Below are positions 11,487-23,039 of a stretch of 64,000 bases of DNA, piece by piece. Numbering within the stretch: position 1 is the first letter of the stretch; each line of letters starts with the position of its first letter. The position numbers were made by a program, and so were the translations under genes. Source of the DNA: Macrostomum lignano (Eukaryota). The notes under the pieces were generated by a model. The model did not search any database. It was given only the letters and a program-made list of their open reading frames with translations, and was not told the origin of the DNA. The stretch is from positions 1 through 64,000 of the forward strand of contig NIVC01002190.1 in the NCBI GenBank assembly GCA_002269645.1. The letters are read 5' to 3'.

Positions 11487-12189
11487 TACACCTTTTTGCG
11501 TTCTATTTCGATAAAACTGCATTCAATTTCGGCAAACTGGCTTTCATTTTCTGCATCAGCTACGGCCGCACATCCAAACTGCATTCGAATTCGACAAACC
11601 GAGAAACGATTTCGGCATCGTATATTCAACTTCGACAGCAGCGCCTCAGACACAGACTGTCTATGGAAATAAGCGCATCTAAACCCAAACTGATTTTCAA
11701 TTTCGGCAAACTGCACTCAATTTCGACAGCGCCAATTGATCTAAGAAGGGAATAAAAACAGAGGAGATGGATTTCTTTAATTCCGAACAAGTACTGCATT
11801 TGGAGTACAGTTAAGGTGTAATTGAACAAAAACCTGTGCAAAAACCTGTGCACTTATCAGCAAGCAATAGCGCGCGAAGAAACAAAGTGCATAGCCAGAA
11901 ACAATTGCACAGTATGTACATAGTATTCGTGCACAAGTGATACGCATTCAACTACACCTTAACTGTACTCCAAATGCAGTACTTGTGCAGATTCTAAGTC
12001 CTCTTTTCGTATTTATTCCCCTTTTAGATTGGCGCTGTTGGAATCGAGTGCAGTTTGCCGAAATCGTTTCTCGGTTTGTCGAATTCGAATGCAGTTTGAA
12101 TGTGCGGCCGTAGCTGATGCAGAAAATGAAAGCCAGTTTGCCGAAATTGAATGCAGCTTTATCGAAAAAGAAAAACGCAAAAGGGTGTA
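11487..12189. mobile_element. Inverted pair of MITE-like elements (11487-11820 and 11953-12189) forming a ~700-bp foldback
   Basis: Each copy begins TACACCTT and ends AAG(G)GTGTA. The copies are reverse complements over more than 200 bp, with a ~130-bp spacer. Confidence 0.75.
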
Positions 12190-12480
12190 GTTAAATAAAG
12201 AACAAGGATCTTGTAGATTGTTATGATTTAGTTGGAGGCCTGGGTAGCAGAGCGGTACTGCGGCTGACTGTCGTGCATCAGAAGCGATCTACGGTGCCAA
12301 CTCCTCTCCTCAGAGTTTGTTAAAAGTGCGCAATGAACTTTTGCCAGCCAGCGGATGTCTATGGTAGGAGTGGGGTCCATCCTGTGTCCGCAAACTTTGT
12401 TCCAAATAAGCAACTGCTTCGCGAACCCAAGCTAATCCATATATAGTCGTTTGAGCGTCTTAAATTGGGAATCGAAACAA

Positions 12481-15400
12481 ATGTCAACTCTGCGGACCGT
12501 CCAGCTGGTGGCGGATGCTGGCAGCCTGCTGCTGACCGCGCCAGCCGCTCTGGCCGGCGTCGTGTGCAGCTGCCGGACCGGCGGCCTCGGGGTTGGCCGG
12601 CACTCGCCGCTCGACGGCTGTCGCGTCGTCCCCATTGCAGGAACGACGGCCGCTGCCGCCTCCGGAGTCGCTGCCACCGTGGAGGTGACCATCACCGCCT
12701 TTGAAGTGGCCCTGCTGATGGCTTTCTGCGGACTGCAGGCGACCCGGCTGATCGTGGCTCGGAGGCTGAATGGTGAGGCCTGCTGAGTCCGCGGCTTGTT
12801 TGCTGCTCTCGTTGTGGCTGGGGTTGTGCAGGGCCGCTCTGAAGGGCCTCTGGTGTTCTGAATGAACCTGTTTTGTTTCTGTACGATTCTTAATGAGTCC
12901 GTACGGTTCTGAGGGGGTTTGTATGGTTCCTGAGTGGAGTCTGTACGGTTCTCAGAGGGTCTGTACGGTTCTCAGAGGGTCTGTACGGTTCTCAGAGGGT
13001 CTGTACGGTTCTCAGAGGGTCTGTACGGTTCTCACAGGGTCTGTACGGTTCTCAGAGGGTCTGTACGGTTCTCAGAGGGTCTGTACGGTTCTCAGAGGGT
13101 CTGTACGGTTCTCAGAGGGTCTGTACGGTTCTCAGAGGGTCTGTACGGTTCTCAGAGGGTCTGTACGGTTCTCAGAGGGTCTGTACGGTTCTCAGAGGGT
13201 CTGTATGGTTCTCAGAGGGTCTGTACGGTTCTCAGAGGGTCTGTACGGTTCTCAGAGGGTCTGTACGGTTCTCAGAGGGTCTGTACGGTTCTCACAGGGT
13301 CTGTACGGTTCTCACAGGGTCTGTACGGTTCTCACAGGGTCTGTACGGTTCTCAGAGGGTCTGTACGGTTCTCAGAGGGTCTGTACGGTTCTCAGAGGGT
13401 CTGTACGGTTCTCAGAGGGTCTGTACGGTTCTCACAGGGTCTTTACACTGCTTTATAAAACTCCCAGCTATTTAGTTAAGCCCTGTAATTCACCTTCTAC
13501 ACGATGGTGGCTAGTGGTACACCTCCATGGCAACTTTCATACAGTGCTATATTTGTATCGCTCAGTCACCATCGTCCTGTCATTGGCCTTGTCCAGTGCT
13601 CTAGCGGCTAAATTGCTGGGCAATTTCTTCAGCGCTCAATTTGAGTTCAGCTGCGCCTGGCGGCTTTGCTTCATCCGGAAATCCCCAGCTGCCTTCTTGC
13701 CTTTGTGGCCTTTGCTTTCGTCTGTCTGTCTGCTGCGCGCACCTGAGCGCCACCTCTGCCGATCAAAGAGGGGGCTTGCTTGCAAGGCTGAGAAAGAGAA
13801 TTTGATTAATTTTCTGCATGCAAAAACTGCTTTGCGCCTTTGGCGCAATCTGTAGCGACAAAATTCGATCGATCATTTCGCTTTGAAAGATCTTCGATTC
13901 TAAACATCGATGGGATCTGGGGGCTTTCATGTCCCAATGGGATTCATTTGGGATCTCTAGCTAGTGTGAGATGGGACTCATTCGGGATTTCTGGCTAGTG
14001 GTAGATTGGATTCATTTGGGATCTCTAGCTAGTGTGAGATTGGATTCATTTGGGATCTCTAGCTAGTGGTAGATGGGACTCATTCGGGATTTCTGGCTAG
14101 TGGTAGATGGGACTCATTCGGGATTTCTGGCTAGTGGTAGATGGGATTCATTTGGGATCTCTAGCTAGTGTGAGATTGGATTCATTTGGGATCTCTAGCT
14201 ACTGTGAGATAGGATTCATTTGGGATCTCTAGTTACTTTCGGATGGGATTCATTTCGGATCTCTAGCTAGTGTAAGATTGGATTCATTTGGGATCTCTAG
14301 CTACTGTGAGATTGGATTCATTTGGGATCTCTAGCTAGTGGTAGATGGGACTCATTCGGGATCTCTAGCTAGTGGTAAATTGGATTCATTTGGGATCTCT
14401 AGCTAGTGTGAGATTGGATTCATTTGGGATCTCTAGCTAGTGGTAGATGGGACTCATTCTGGATTTCTAGCTAGTGTGAGATAGGATTCATTTGGAATCT
14501 CTGGCTACTTTGAGATTGGAATTATTTATGATCTCTGGCTACTGTGAGATGGGATTCATTTGGGATCTCTAGTTAGTGTGAGATGGGATTCATTTGGCAT
14601 CTCTGGCTACTGTGAGATTGGAATCATTTGGGATCTCTAGTTAGTGTGAGATGGGATTCATTTGGCATCTCTGGCTAGTGTGAGATGGGATTCATTTGGC
14701 ATCTCTGGCTAGTGTGAGATAGGATTCATTTGGCATCTCTGGCTAGTGTGAGATGGGATTCATTTGGCATCTCTGGCTAGTGTGAGATGGGATTCATTTG
14801 GCATCTCTGGCTAGTGTGAGATGGGATTCATTTGGCATCTCTGGCTAGTGTGAGATGGGATTCATTTGGCATCTCTGGCTAGTGTGAGATGGGATTCATT
14901 TGGCATCTCTGGCTAGTGTGAGATGGGATTCATTTGGCATCTCTGGCTAGTGTGAGATGGGATTCATTTGGCATCTCTGGCTAGTGTGAGATGGGATCCG
15001 GGAACTCTAGTCACTGGGAGGACTGATTCGGGCTTCTTTCCTTCGCAGGCAGTCCCTCGGTCTCCTTGCTGCTGAACATGCTCGCCACCGCCCTGCTGCT
15101 CACCGCAACGTCAGTCCTGGCCGCAAACAACCCGCGCATTCTTCTGTACAGCGGCCCGTTCGCCCTGCTGCTGCCCGCCCTGCTGTCGAAGCTGGCCAGC
15201 CTGACCGTCGGCATCGTTGCCGAGATGTCGCCTCGCCGTTCGGACGGCGACATTGTCGAAAATCCCAATGCCGTTGTGTCAGCGGAGCAGCCAGTGGACG
15301 AGAAGACGCTGGGCCTGGAGGAGCAGCTGCTGTACGCTGACCAGGACAGTCTGGTGTACAGCTTCCGCGACGATGGCACCCTGGAGTGGCGCATGGGCTC

Positions 15401-15488
15401 CCGGCAGGGCAGCTGCACCAACTTGGAGTTCAGCAGCTCCCGACTGAGCGCGTGCGGCCCCGGCAACTGCAGGGAATCGCTGAACTAA
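12481..15488 (+). CDS. Two-exon multi-pass membrane protein of unknown family (exons 12481-12772 and 15049-15488)
   Basis: ATG 12481. Donor AAT G|gtgagg at 12772 and acceptor ttccttcgcag|GC at 15049 are both phase 1 and join two hydrophobic GC-rich ORFs in frame. TAA at 15486-15488. Confidence 0.65.
12895..13442. repeat. 20-bp minisatellite CTGTACGGTTCTCAGAGGGT
   Basis: Tandem array in the intron of the 12481-15488 gene. Confidence 0.93.
13935..14997. repeat. ~34-bp minisatellite CATTTGGCATCTCTGGCTAGTGTGAGATGGGATT
   Basis: Diverged at the left, homogeneous at the right. Confidence 0.9.
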
Positions 15489-16755
15489 TTATCCGCTCAA
15501 CTCCCTCGCGATAAAAAACTGAAGAAGCGGCCTCAGAAACTGAGATTAATGTGTAAATTTTTCACCGAACCCGAACCGGCGCAATATTGATAAACACAGA
15601 AATTCGATCCCAGTAAAAATGGATTTCAGAACGAGATTTTTCTACTTATAGTAGTAACCTTATCAAATTGATTGCACTAATAGAAATATTTCGTACTTTT
15701 CACTGCTGTATTTACGTAGAACTTTGATTGACTTAACTGTAATATCGGTAACTTCCGTGGTGATTTCGGCCCGAATTGATGCCTAAAAAAACCAGCGAGT
15801 TCACCTGCCGGACGTGGAGAAAGACGTTCAGAAACGCAGGGGGGAGCTCAGCTTAAGGGAAACTCGGGCAGATAGCAGTTAGGTTGTTACTGTTGAAGTC
15901 TTTATTGTAGCTGAGGCAGCGGGGTCTTTCACCTCCCTCAACGGTACGGTGGGCTTCTCTTCAACGAACCGAGTCACAGTACTCAAACATCGGTGGTACG
16001 CAATGCTATCTTCAATGACTTCAGTCGGCCGTGATTCTCTTTATGTCGAGGTCGTCTCCAATCTCAATTCCTTCTCAATTCCTTTCAGTCGGGTGAAGCT
16101 CATACCGGCGTTCGCTTGTGCTGCCAAAATTGAAGTCACCTTGCTATGACCGTAGATAGAGTCCTGTGCACGGTTGCCAGTAGTGATTAATTCGCTAAAT
16201 TAGGACTTTTGAGCAACCCTAACTCACTGCCACTGACCTGGGTGCAATCCGTGATAAGGGTTGCTTGGATACTGATTGGTAAGCAAACAAGCGCGAACTT
16301 TATGAATGGGCCAGCAACCTTCCTAAAGTTCCGAGTGCTGTATCCGAGAGCCCAAATGCTGTCATTCAATGGACAATAATTAGCAATTACTTCCTGTTTC
16401 CATATTCTACCCAGCAAGCGGAGTGGATTTGAGGACAAGGGCAGCAGAGGGAAGCAGAATTAATCACTTAGCCAAGTTTTGGCCAGAAGTGACTCTAAAT
16501 TCACTCACATGAAACAATTTTTCCTAGTATCCACTCACCAATGCGACACAAACCTGCCTGTCGCCTAACAATTTGGCTTGCGATAAAAGCGCCCTTCTGA
16601 GAGCCTCTGACCACCGGAATCACAACTCAATTTGCTTTCGCCCAGCTTACTCTATAAATCTACACGGGAAACGCCGAAGCTCAGAAGCAAAGCTGTGGAG
16701 ACCCTGCAAGCAAAAGTTAATCTTCAGCCGCTACTCCTACTTTCACAGCGTTACC

Positions 16756-18510
16756 ATGACTACTGATGCAAAGAGCTCGAGTTCGACCAGCGGAGCGCTG
16801 GTGACGCAGGTCCTGCTGGAAGCGGCCAGCGAGACCACAGCCCACGGGCTCAGCAAGCTGGCGGGCCAGAGGCCGCTCTACATCAAGCTCTGCTGGCTGC
16901 TGGCCTTCTTGGCCCTGCTGGGGGTGTTCACGTACAGCATGCACGGATTCACCACCAAGCTGCTCAAAGGCGAAGTCAGCACATCTTACGAAGCTGAGGC
17001 TGTGGACTTTGAGTTTCCTGACGTGTACTTCTGCAACAACGTCCAGATATCTGGCACCTACTCTGTCACGCTTCCCGGTGCAGTTGTCGCCGACATCAAC
17101 AGCCGGATGAGCGCCACTTTTGCCGCCTTTGATTCCGCGACGCAGCGGCTGCTCAACTCGTCGCTCTCGAGCGTCACCGCGTCTCAAATCGATCACATGA
17201 AGCTGTTCAGGCTGAAGTCCGCCATCCAGTCGATGCCGTACAGCCTGCTTGTGGACAATCTCGCTCACAAGGAGCAGCAGACGGTGCTGAAGAACGAAAG
17301 CAAGTCGGGCATCTCCCTCAAGCCCTTCTACCATCCGAACCACCTGAAGTGCCTCAAAGTCGAAATGACCAAACAGAGACGCGCTCAGCTGAGCAAGGTC
17401 AATTCGGAGATCAGCTTCCAATTCATCCTCGATCCGTACTTCACCGAATTCAATTATACGCTTAACTATTCTGCTTATGACCAGGTGCAGAGCGTAACTG
17501 TGCCATTGTACAACAACCTAACCGCATACGTGTATGATTGGGACCTTGATACTCCATATGAGATCGACAGACCTATGGGAATGAGGCTGTACCTGGCACC
17601 GAGGGGAGAATATCCGAGCAGGTTTGTAACAAACTTTCTGCTTGCTCCAGGCAGATCTTACAGCATTGGACTCACCATGCAGAACATCAAGAAGGATCCG
17701 AAAGCATACGATGGACAGTGCCTGACCGAGGCTCCCGAGGTGCAGTTTGTCAATCCGTACAATGCCTCGGCGTACAATTTCAGCTACAGCAACAGCTTCT
17801 GCTACTTTTCAGAGTTTGCCCGGCAGCTGTCTCAGAACGGTTGCAGTCCATATGTGAACCCGCTGCCATGGGAGTACAGAAATGTGAGATTATGCCTGAA
17901 CACGAGCGACCTAAATGAGTCAGAGATCCAGTCGAATCTCATGCATGCCTTCACGGCTGACACGGCTACGCTGAAAGACTTCCAGCGGCTGTGCCAGAAC
18001 AGGCAGCTGTGCCTGACCCTGAAGTACGAGACCAGCATTTCCAGCGCAAATTGGCCAAATGAGAATGGACAGGTTCGCCTAATTATGAACACCATGAGGA
18101 CCGTCTTTGATGTTTCTCCGCCTGTCTCCAGACCTGCGTGGGTGGCTTTTTATTTGATTTTAGAATACCATATCAAGTCTGGGAACATTCCATTTGCGGA
18201 AAGTATGGCATCGAAGGTCTTCTCGCGCTCAGGCCTGAAGGTGACGCTGCGTAGCGAGGAGTCGAGGAGCTCGCAGATCATTCTGTCGCCCGGCTATTCT
18301 CTGCAGACTTACATTGCCGATATGGGCGGCACTGCTGGCATCTACCTGGGCTGCAGCCTGCTTAGCCTGTGCGAGCTCATCGAGCTGCTTTACAACCTGA
18401 TTGTCAGAACTCGGAGACAGAGGAAGTCCGGCAATGTTGTCCATGTGAGCGCCGCGTCCCCGGCTGTCAGCACTGTGACTTCGGACAGCCTCAAACTGGC
18501 CAAGAAGTAG
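16756..18510 (+). CDS. DEG/ENaC/ASIC-family amiloride-sensitive cation channel subunit, intronless, 584 aa
   Basis: Pre-TM1 TTAHG motif, TM1 LCWLLAFLALLGVF, FPDVYFCN motif, Cys-rich thumb, TM2 ADMGGTAGIYLGCSLLSLCELIE with a G-x-S filter. AATAAA at 18583-18588. Confidence 0.95.
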   Translation: MTTDAKSSSSTSGALVTQVLLEAASETTAHGLSKLAGQRPLYIKLCWLLAFLALLGVFTYSMHGFTTKLLKGEVSTSYEAEAVDFEFPDVYFCNNVQISGTYSVTLPGAVVADINSRMSATFAAFDSATQRLLNSSLSSVTASQIDHMKLFRLKSAIQSMPYSLLVDNLAHKEQQTVLKNESKSGISLKPFYHPNHLKCLKVEMTKQRRAQLSKVNSEISFQFILDPYFTEFNYTLNYSAYDQVQSVTVPLYNNLTAYVYDWDLDTPYEIDRPMGMRLYLAPRGEYPSRFVTNFLLAPGRSYSIGLTMQNIKKDPKAYDGQCLTEAPEVQFVNPYNASAYNFSYSNSFCYFSEFARQLSQNGCSPYVNPLPWEYRNVRLCLNTSDLNESEIQSNLMHAFTADTATLKDFQRLCQNRQLCLTLKYETSISSANWPNENGQVRLIMNTMRTVFDVSPPVSRPAWVAFYLILEYHIKSGNIPFAESMASKVFSRSGLKVTLRSEESRSSQIILSPGYSLQTYIADMGGTAGIYLGCSLLSLCELIELLYNLIVRTRRQRKSGNVVHVSAASPAVSTVTSDSLKLAKK

Positions 18511-18982
18511 GCGGAGTCGGTACGAGTCTACTTCTACGAGTCGGATGTTCTTGATAATTGATCGACTATGTAGAAATTATTCAATAAACTTCAGTCGCTT
18601 AACAAATTATTGTTTTTAAAACGATGTCCGAACATAAAGACTGGATGATTATAGTTGAGCCTCAGCCAAAGTTTTATTCAACATAATTTAACACAGATTA
18701 AGGCAACGATCATAGAGAAATTTCATTCGTCTGTCTTTGCCGATGCACCTTGGATAAAAATACAAAGTGCTACTATTATCTTATTTTTAGAAAGGTAGCT
18801 GAATAATACAATCTTATTGGAAAACTAAATTATTAGTTACGCTCGTATTACTATTTTTAGTGAGCTGATGAAGATTTTAAGTGGAAAAAATAACGCAACG
18901 AAAATTTCAATGCATACAATCGTACTAGTAAGTAGATACTGTTAGTAGTGTAAACTGCGCATTTGTTCAACTTCGCCGCAGC

Positions 18983-20327
18983 TCAGTCGGTGCTCATGTC
19001 GGTGCGGTCCAGGTCCTCTCTATCTTCTTCGTCAACTTCGTCCACGCCCTCTCGCTTGGAGGAGCGGCGGTTCGACGAGTTTTGAGCGGTGTTGGAGGAG
19101 GAGGAGGAGGAGGGAGAGGACTCTTCGGAGTCACCTGCGGTGCCGGCTTTTCCGTTTTCGGAGGCTTCGCTGGCGGATGATTTGATGGAGCGACCGGTCT
19201 GAAATGAACGAGTGCACGAGGGGCAAGTCAGGGTCTGGACGAGAGTCTGGACGAGAGTCTGGACGAGAGTCTGGGCGAGAGTCTGGGCGAGAGTCTGGGC
19301 GAGAGTCTGGGCGAGAGTCTGGGCGAGAGTCTGGGCGAGAGTCTGGGCGAGAGTCTGGGCGAGAGTCTGGGCGAGAGTCTGGGCGAGTCTGGGCGAGGGC
19401 CGGGGGAAGGGCAGCCAGCAGCCGAGGCGCTCACCAGACGTCCAACCAGGTGGCTCCCAGCCTCGGCCAGCCGTTCGGTGGCGCGGGCGCCCAGCCGGTG
19501 GCCCAGCTCGTAGGCCATCGCCAGGCTGTGCGCCGGATCGGCCAGCTCGGCGGCCTCGGACTCTCCGTCGCCAGACTTCTTCTCGGCTTTATTATCGTCA
19601 TCCTCGCGCTCGACATTCTTGGCGTTGCCGTTGGACGTCTCGGCCGGCGACTCTTCCTGCGATTTCTTTGCAGTCTTCTCGTCGGGCCCCGGCGGCAGGT
19701 AGCGGTCTACGCCGTCGCCGAGCAATTCGATCAGCCGGTCGAAGCGGCGCAAGCCGGACTGGCCCAGGCGGCTGGCCACAGCGCGCCGGTAGCCCTCCAG
19801 GGTGGACGACTTCACAGACTCCGCCTGCGGAATACGGGGGGAGGGGGGGGGCGGGGCGCGGCATTTGGTTTGGTGGGCTTTTGCTACCCCTCTACTCTGG
19901 CTACCTCATTAGCTACCCTACCTACCCCCAATATCTACTACCCAACCCCACTCACCGTAGCGGCGGCAGCGGTAACCGGACTCAACAGCAAGTCCACTTT
20001 CGGTTTCACAGCAGCGCTGTAATAATCCCGTCCTCGCTTCATCACCTCGTCAGTCGGCTCCAGCACAGTCGGGCAGGCGGTCTCCAGCCGGTCAAGCAGC
20101 TGCCGACAAGCCAGACGGTCCAGTCCGGCTGCCCGTTCCTCGTAGCGGCTCAGCAACGGGCTGGCGGTCTGGGCGGCGCGCCTCAGGCCGCTCTCGGCCA
20201 GATCGGCGGCCGACTTGGCGTAGGCGCTGCGGTCCTTGGCCCAGGCGAGGCCGGCAGCGGCTTGGCCGTAGGCGGAAGCCACCACGGGATAGGCGGTCAG
20301 GCGGTTGAAGAAATCGGAGGCGACCAT
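18983..20327 (-). CDS. Perilipin (PAT family lipid-droplet protein), 325 aa. Exons 20327-19956, 19824-19435, 19198-18983
   Basis: N-terminal PAT domain (FFNRLTAYPVVASAY...LDRLACRQLLDRLETACPTVLEPTDEV) and VDRYLPP motif. All introns are GT-AG phase 0 and the frame is open to TGA at 18985-18983. Confidence 0.88.
19235..19395. repeat. 12-bp minisatellite GAGAGTCTGGGC in perilipin intron 2
   Basis: Tandem array. Confidence 0.92.
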
Positions 20328-21439
20328 TGCTTACAGAATGTTTGTAGTCTGGCTCAGAGCTTTGGTAGAATTCAGAATTCAGACTTGTTGACTCAGACCG
20401 CGTGTCTGTCTGCTGAGGGTATTATTTATAACCGGAGAGTGAGAGAGAAATTCAAGCCTACCGTTGGGGGTGCGAGGTGCAATGTGCAAGAGCGTGACTA
20501 AGGCCTGAAAGAGAGCAGAGAGTTTTACCTCCAACCCCCCCCCCCAGTGCGCACCCACCGACCTTCGGACCTCCCCCCCCACTCTCAAGAAGCGTGCAAT
20601 TGCGTGTCTTGAATAATAATAAGGTATTTAGTTGGACTGGTTGGTTAGTGCGTGGCTAAAAACACAGACAACCTTAGCTGGGGCTCCTTCTGTCTCTCTC
20701 TGTGACTCCTAAGTCGGGTTCAAAGTCCATACACCACTCTTAAATCAGCATGCTTGCATGCCCCAGATAATCTCTGCTCTCCTTTCACCGCCACGTGACG
20801 CGTGATTCACACATTAAAGTTAACTGAGTTGTTTTCGATCTGTTTACTGAATTGGCCGTAGCACTGAATGTAATTACGAGTTGTGATAGCTCGCACACGC
20901 AATTCACATGACATTTACCTATTACCTCCGGTTTTGAGCGGCTACTCCAAATTATCGCTAGTAGCTCTGCGGGTCAAAGATCGCTCAAATCAATGTACAG
21001 TTGGTTCAGATCAATGTTAAAACTGATTTGAGCAAAATTTATTTAATCCGCAGAGCCACTAGCGGTAAACCGGCCTTAACAGTTAACAGTCTACCTGATC
21101 ACGCTCGCACAGACCCCAAAGGGCATAGATTCACTATTACATTACGAAATAGTTGATTGCACGAGAGGTCAAAGAATTTTCCTAACACGTTGTGACAATT
21201 AAGGTTATTCTTTTTTGTGTTTTTGCAAATTTGACACGTAACTGTCTGAATTAAGGTATCAGGATTAATTAGAGATGAAAAAATCCTGGGATGTTCATCT
21301 GTGCCATTTTTTTAAAGAAAACAACAGGTTAAATTCTTAAACTTTTAGTTATTGCCACTTTTTACTCAGTGTTAGAAAGATCTATCTCATCTGACGCTCA
21401 ATGCAGTGCTCACAGCCACCTAGCGAATCAAATACTCGT

Positions 21440-21960
21440 AAGTAGCTCTGTTTATACTCCCGAGACCGAGGTGCTGGCTGTGTCGGCCGACATCCCAGCG
21501 GATCTGACGTGCCGCGGCGCAGACGGGCAGACGGCCAGGTTCGCATGCTGCCAGTGGTTCACCTACCTCGGCGGTCTGGTGCCTCATGTGGAGGAAGACC
21601 TCCGGCGGCGCAGAGGACGTGCCTGGGTGGCCTTCCGTTCGATCCGGGCCGACGTCCAGTCCGAAGCGCTGCCCAACCGCCAGAGGGCTCGGCTGTGGCA
21701 GGCGGTGGTCGAAACCGTCCTGCTCTACAACGCCGAGACGTGGACGCTGACGGCTACGCTGGAGCGGCCGGCGCACTCAGGGCTGCTCCGTGCGGCCTTT
21801 CGAGCTGACGAGAGCGTCGGGACCGAGGCCCTGTACGATCGGGCCACTCTGCATCATCCTCCATCATCCTGCGCCGGCGGCGACTTCAACGGGCGCGCCA
21901 CGTGATCCGGGCCGAGGGCTACTGCCCCCAACCTGTTCAGGACGTCCTGCTGCTCACCCT
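21440..21960 (+). mobile_element. Degenerate non-LTR retrotransposon (RTE/LINE-like) fragment, post-RT C-terminal region
   Basis: FTYLGG...EDLRRRRGRAWVAF...RARLWQAVVETVLLYNAETWTLT matches the YLG...KAWxAF...VESVLLYGxETWTLT region of RTE-type ORF2. Truncated and frameshifted. Confidence 0.8.
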
Positions 21961-23039
21961 GCAGGGCCCGTTGAGGCGGGGCCAGTCTTAAACCCGTCGA
22001 TACGTAGACTGCCTCCTACGCGACGCCGGGGGCGCCCGACACTGCCAACGGGGCGGACTTTGTCCGCTCTCAGGCTCTGCGGCGCGCCATCCGACGCACC
22101 CTGCTCTGCGACTTTGCTTGTGGGGCTGCGTAATTTATTGTTGTTGTTGTTTGCTGTTGTTATACTCCCATTCGGAATATTGACCAAATCGATTACGACC
22201 AAGTGCGGCTGGTGCGGAGTCCAGGGTTCGAGAGCGCCTGGGTTGTCGGTGCCAACTTGGAGGACAGTCGACCGGCCCGGCCAGCAAGCAGGTTACCAAA
22301 CCATGTAAATCACAGATCTTCTCTCTCTCGAACCAGCATCACGCACACAAATTCGAACTCTTGACTTCATAAAAATATTATAAATGTTTTTGCATGAAGT
22401 TGTCTGTGTAATAATAAATAATACAATAACAATCAATTAGAGAAAACCGTTTTTGAATTGGATATTTATTTAAATTGTAGAAAAATCTCTTGAAACAATG
22501 TTATTGTTATACTCGTATTTTAGTTAGATATATATTAAATTGATTTGGGTAATGTACGTATCAGTTTATAGAAGAAGCTGGGGATTTTCTATCTCAGAGT
22601 AATGTGCTAATCGAATTGTGCCAACTCAGTAAAATCAATAGAGTGAAATATCTATTGTAAAAATTAGTAGTCTACTAAATCAACTACGGCTATTAAGTAA
22701 TAATAATGGCCAAATGTGCAACCGACAGCTCAGCCGCAGCTATTGCGCGTCGCATCTGAAGGCTGCGTACGGCTGTTCAGTCCAAGGATTAGGGGAGGGG
22801 GTCGCCACACACACCATCAATTATTCCAGCTAATGCTGGCATCAATTTTACAGCTTAAGGTGAACTGAAGCAATTGCCCAAAGACACAAATTGTTCATAA
22901 GTGGGTCGAGAATCGAACCCCCGACCTTTCAATAGTGAGTCCGAAGCTGTGGTCTTAATAAAAATTAGAAAGATTAAAAGGGTTAACAAAACGTCATAAC
23001 AGGGATAGTTAGGATAATGATCACTTTGTGCATCATCAG

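Noticed and set aside
16573-16755. 61-aa N-terminal extension of the DEG/ENaC ORF from a TTG start
   Set aside because: Non-ATG start in a eukaryote; the first ATG (16756) gives a normal-length N-terminus before the HG motif
19134-19140. Alternative perilipin acceptor ccgcag|GTG giving another C-terminus
   Set aside because: Poor polypyrimidine tract; the acceptor at 19198 is strong and gives a coherent open frame to the stop
22885-22950. tRNA-like T-arm (GGTTCGATTCTCGACCC) on the minus strand
   Set aside because: Only a B-box-like fragment; no D arm or acceptor pairing, so at most a SINE remnant
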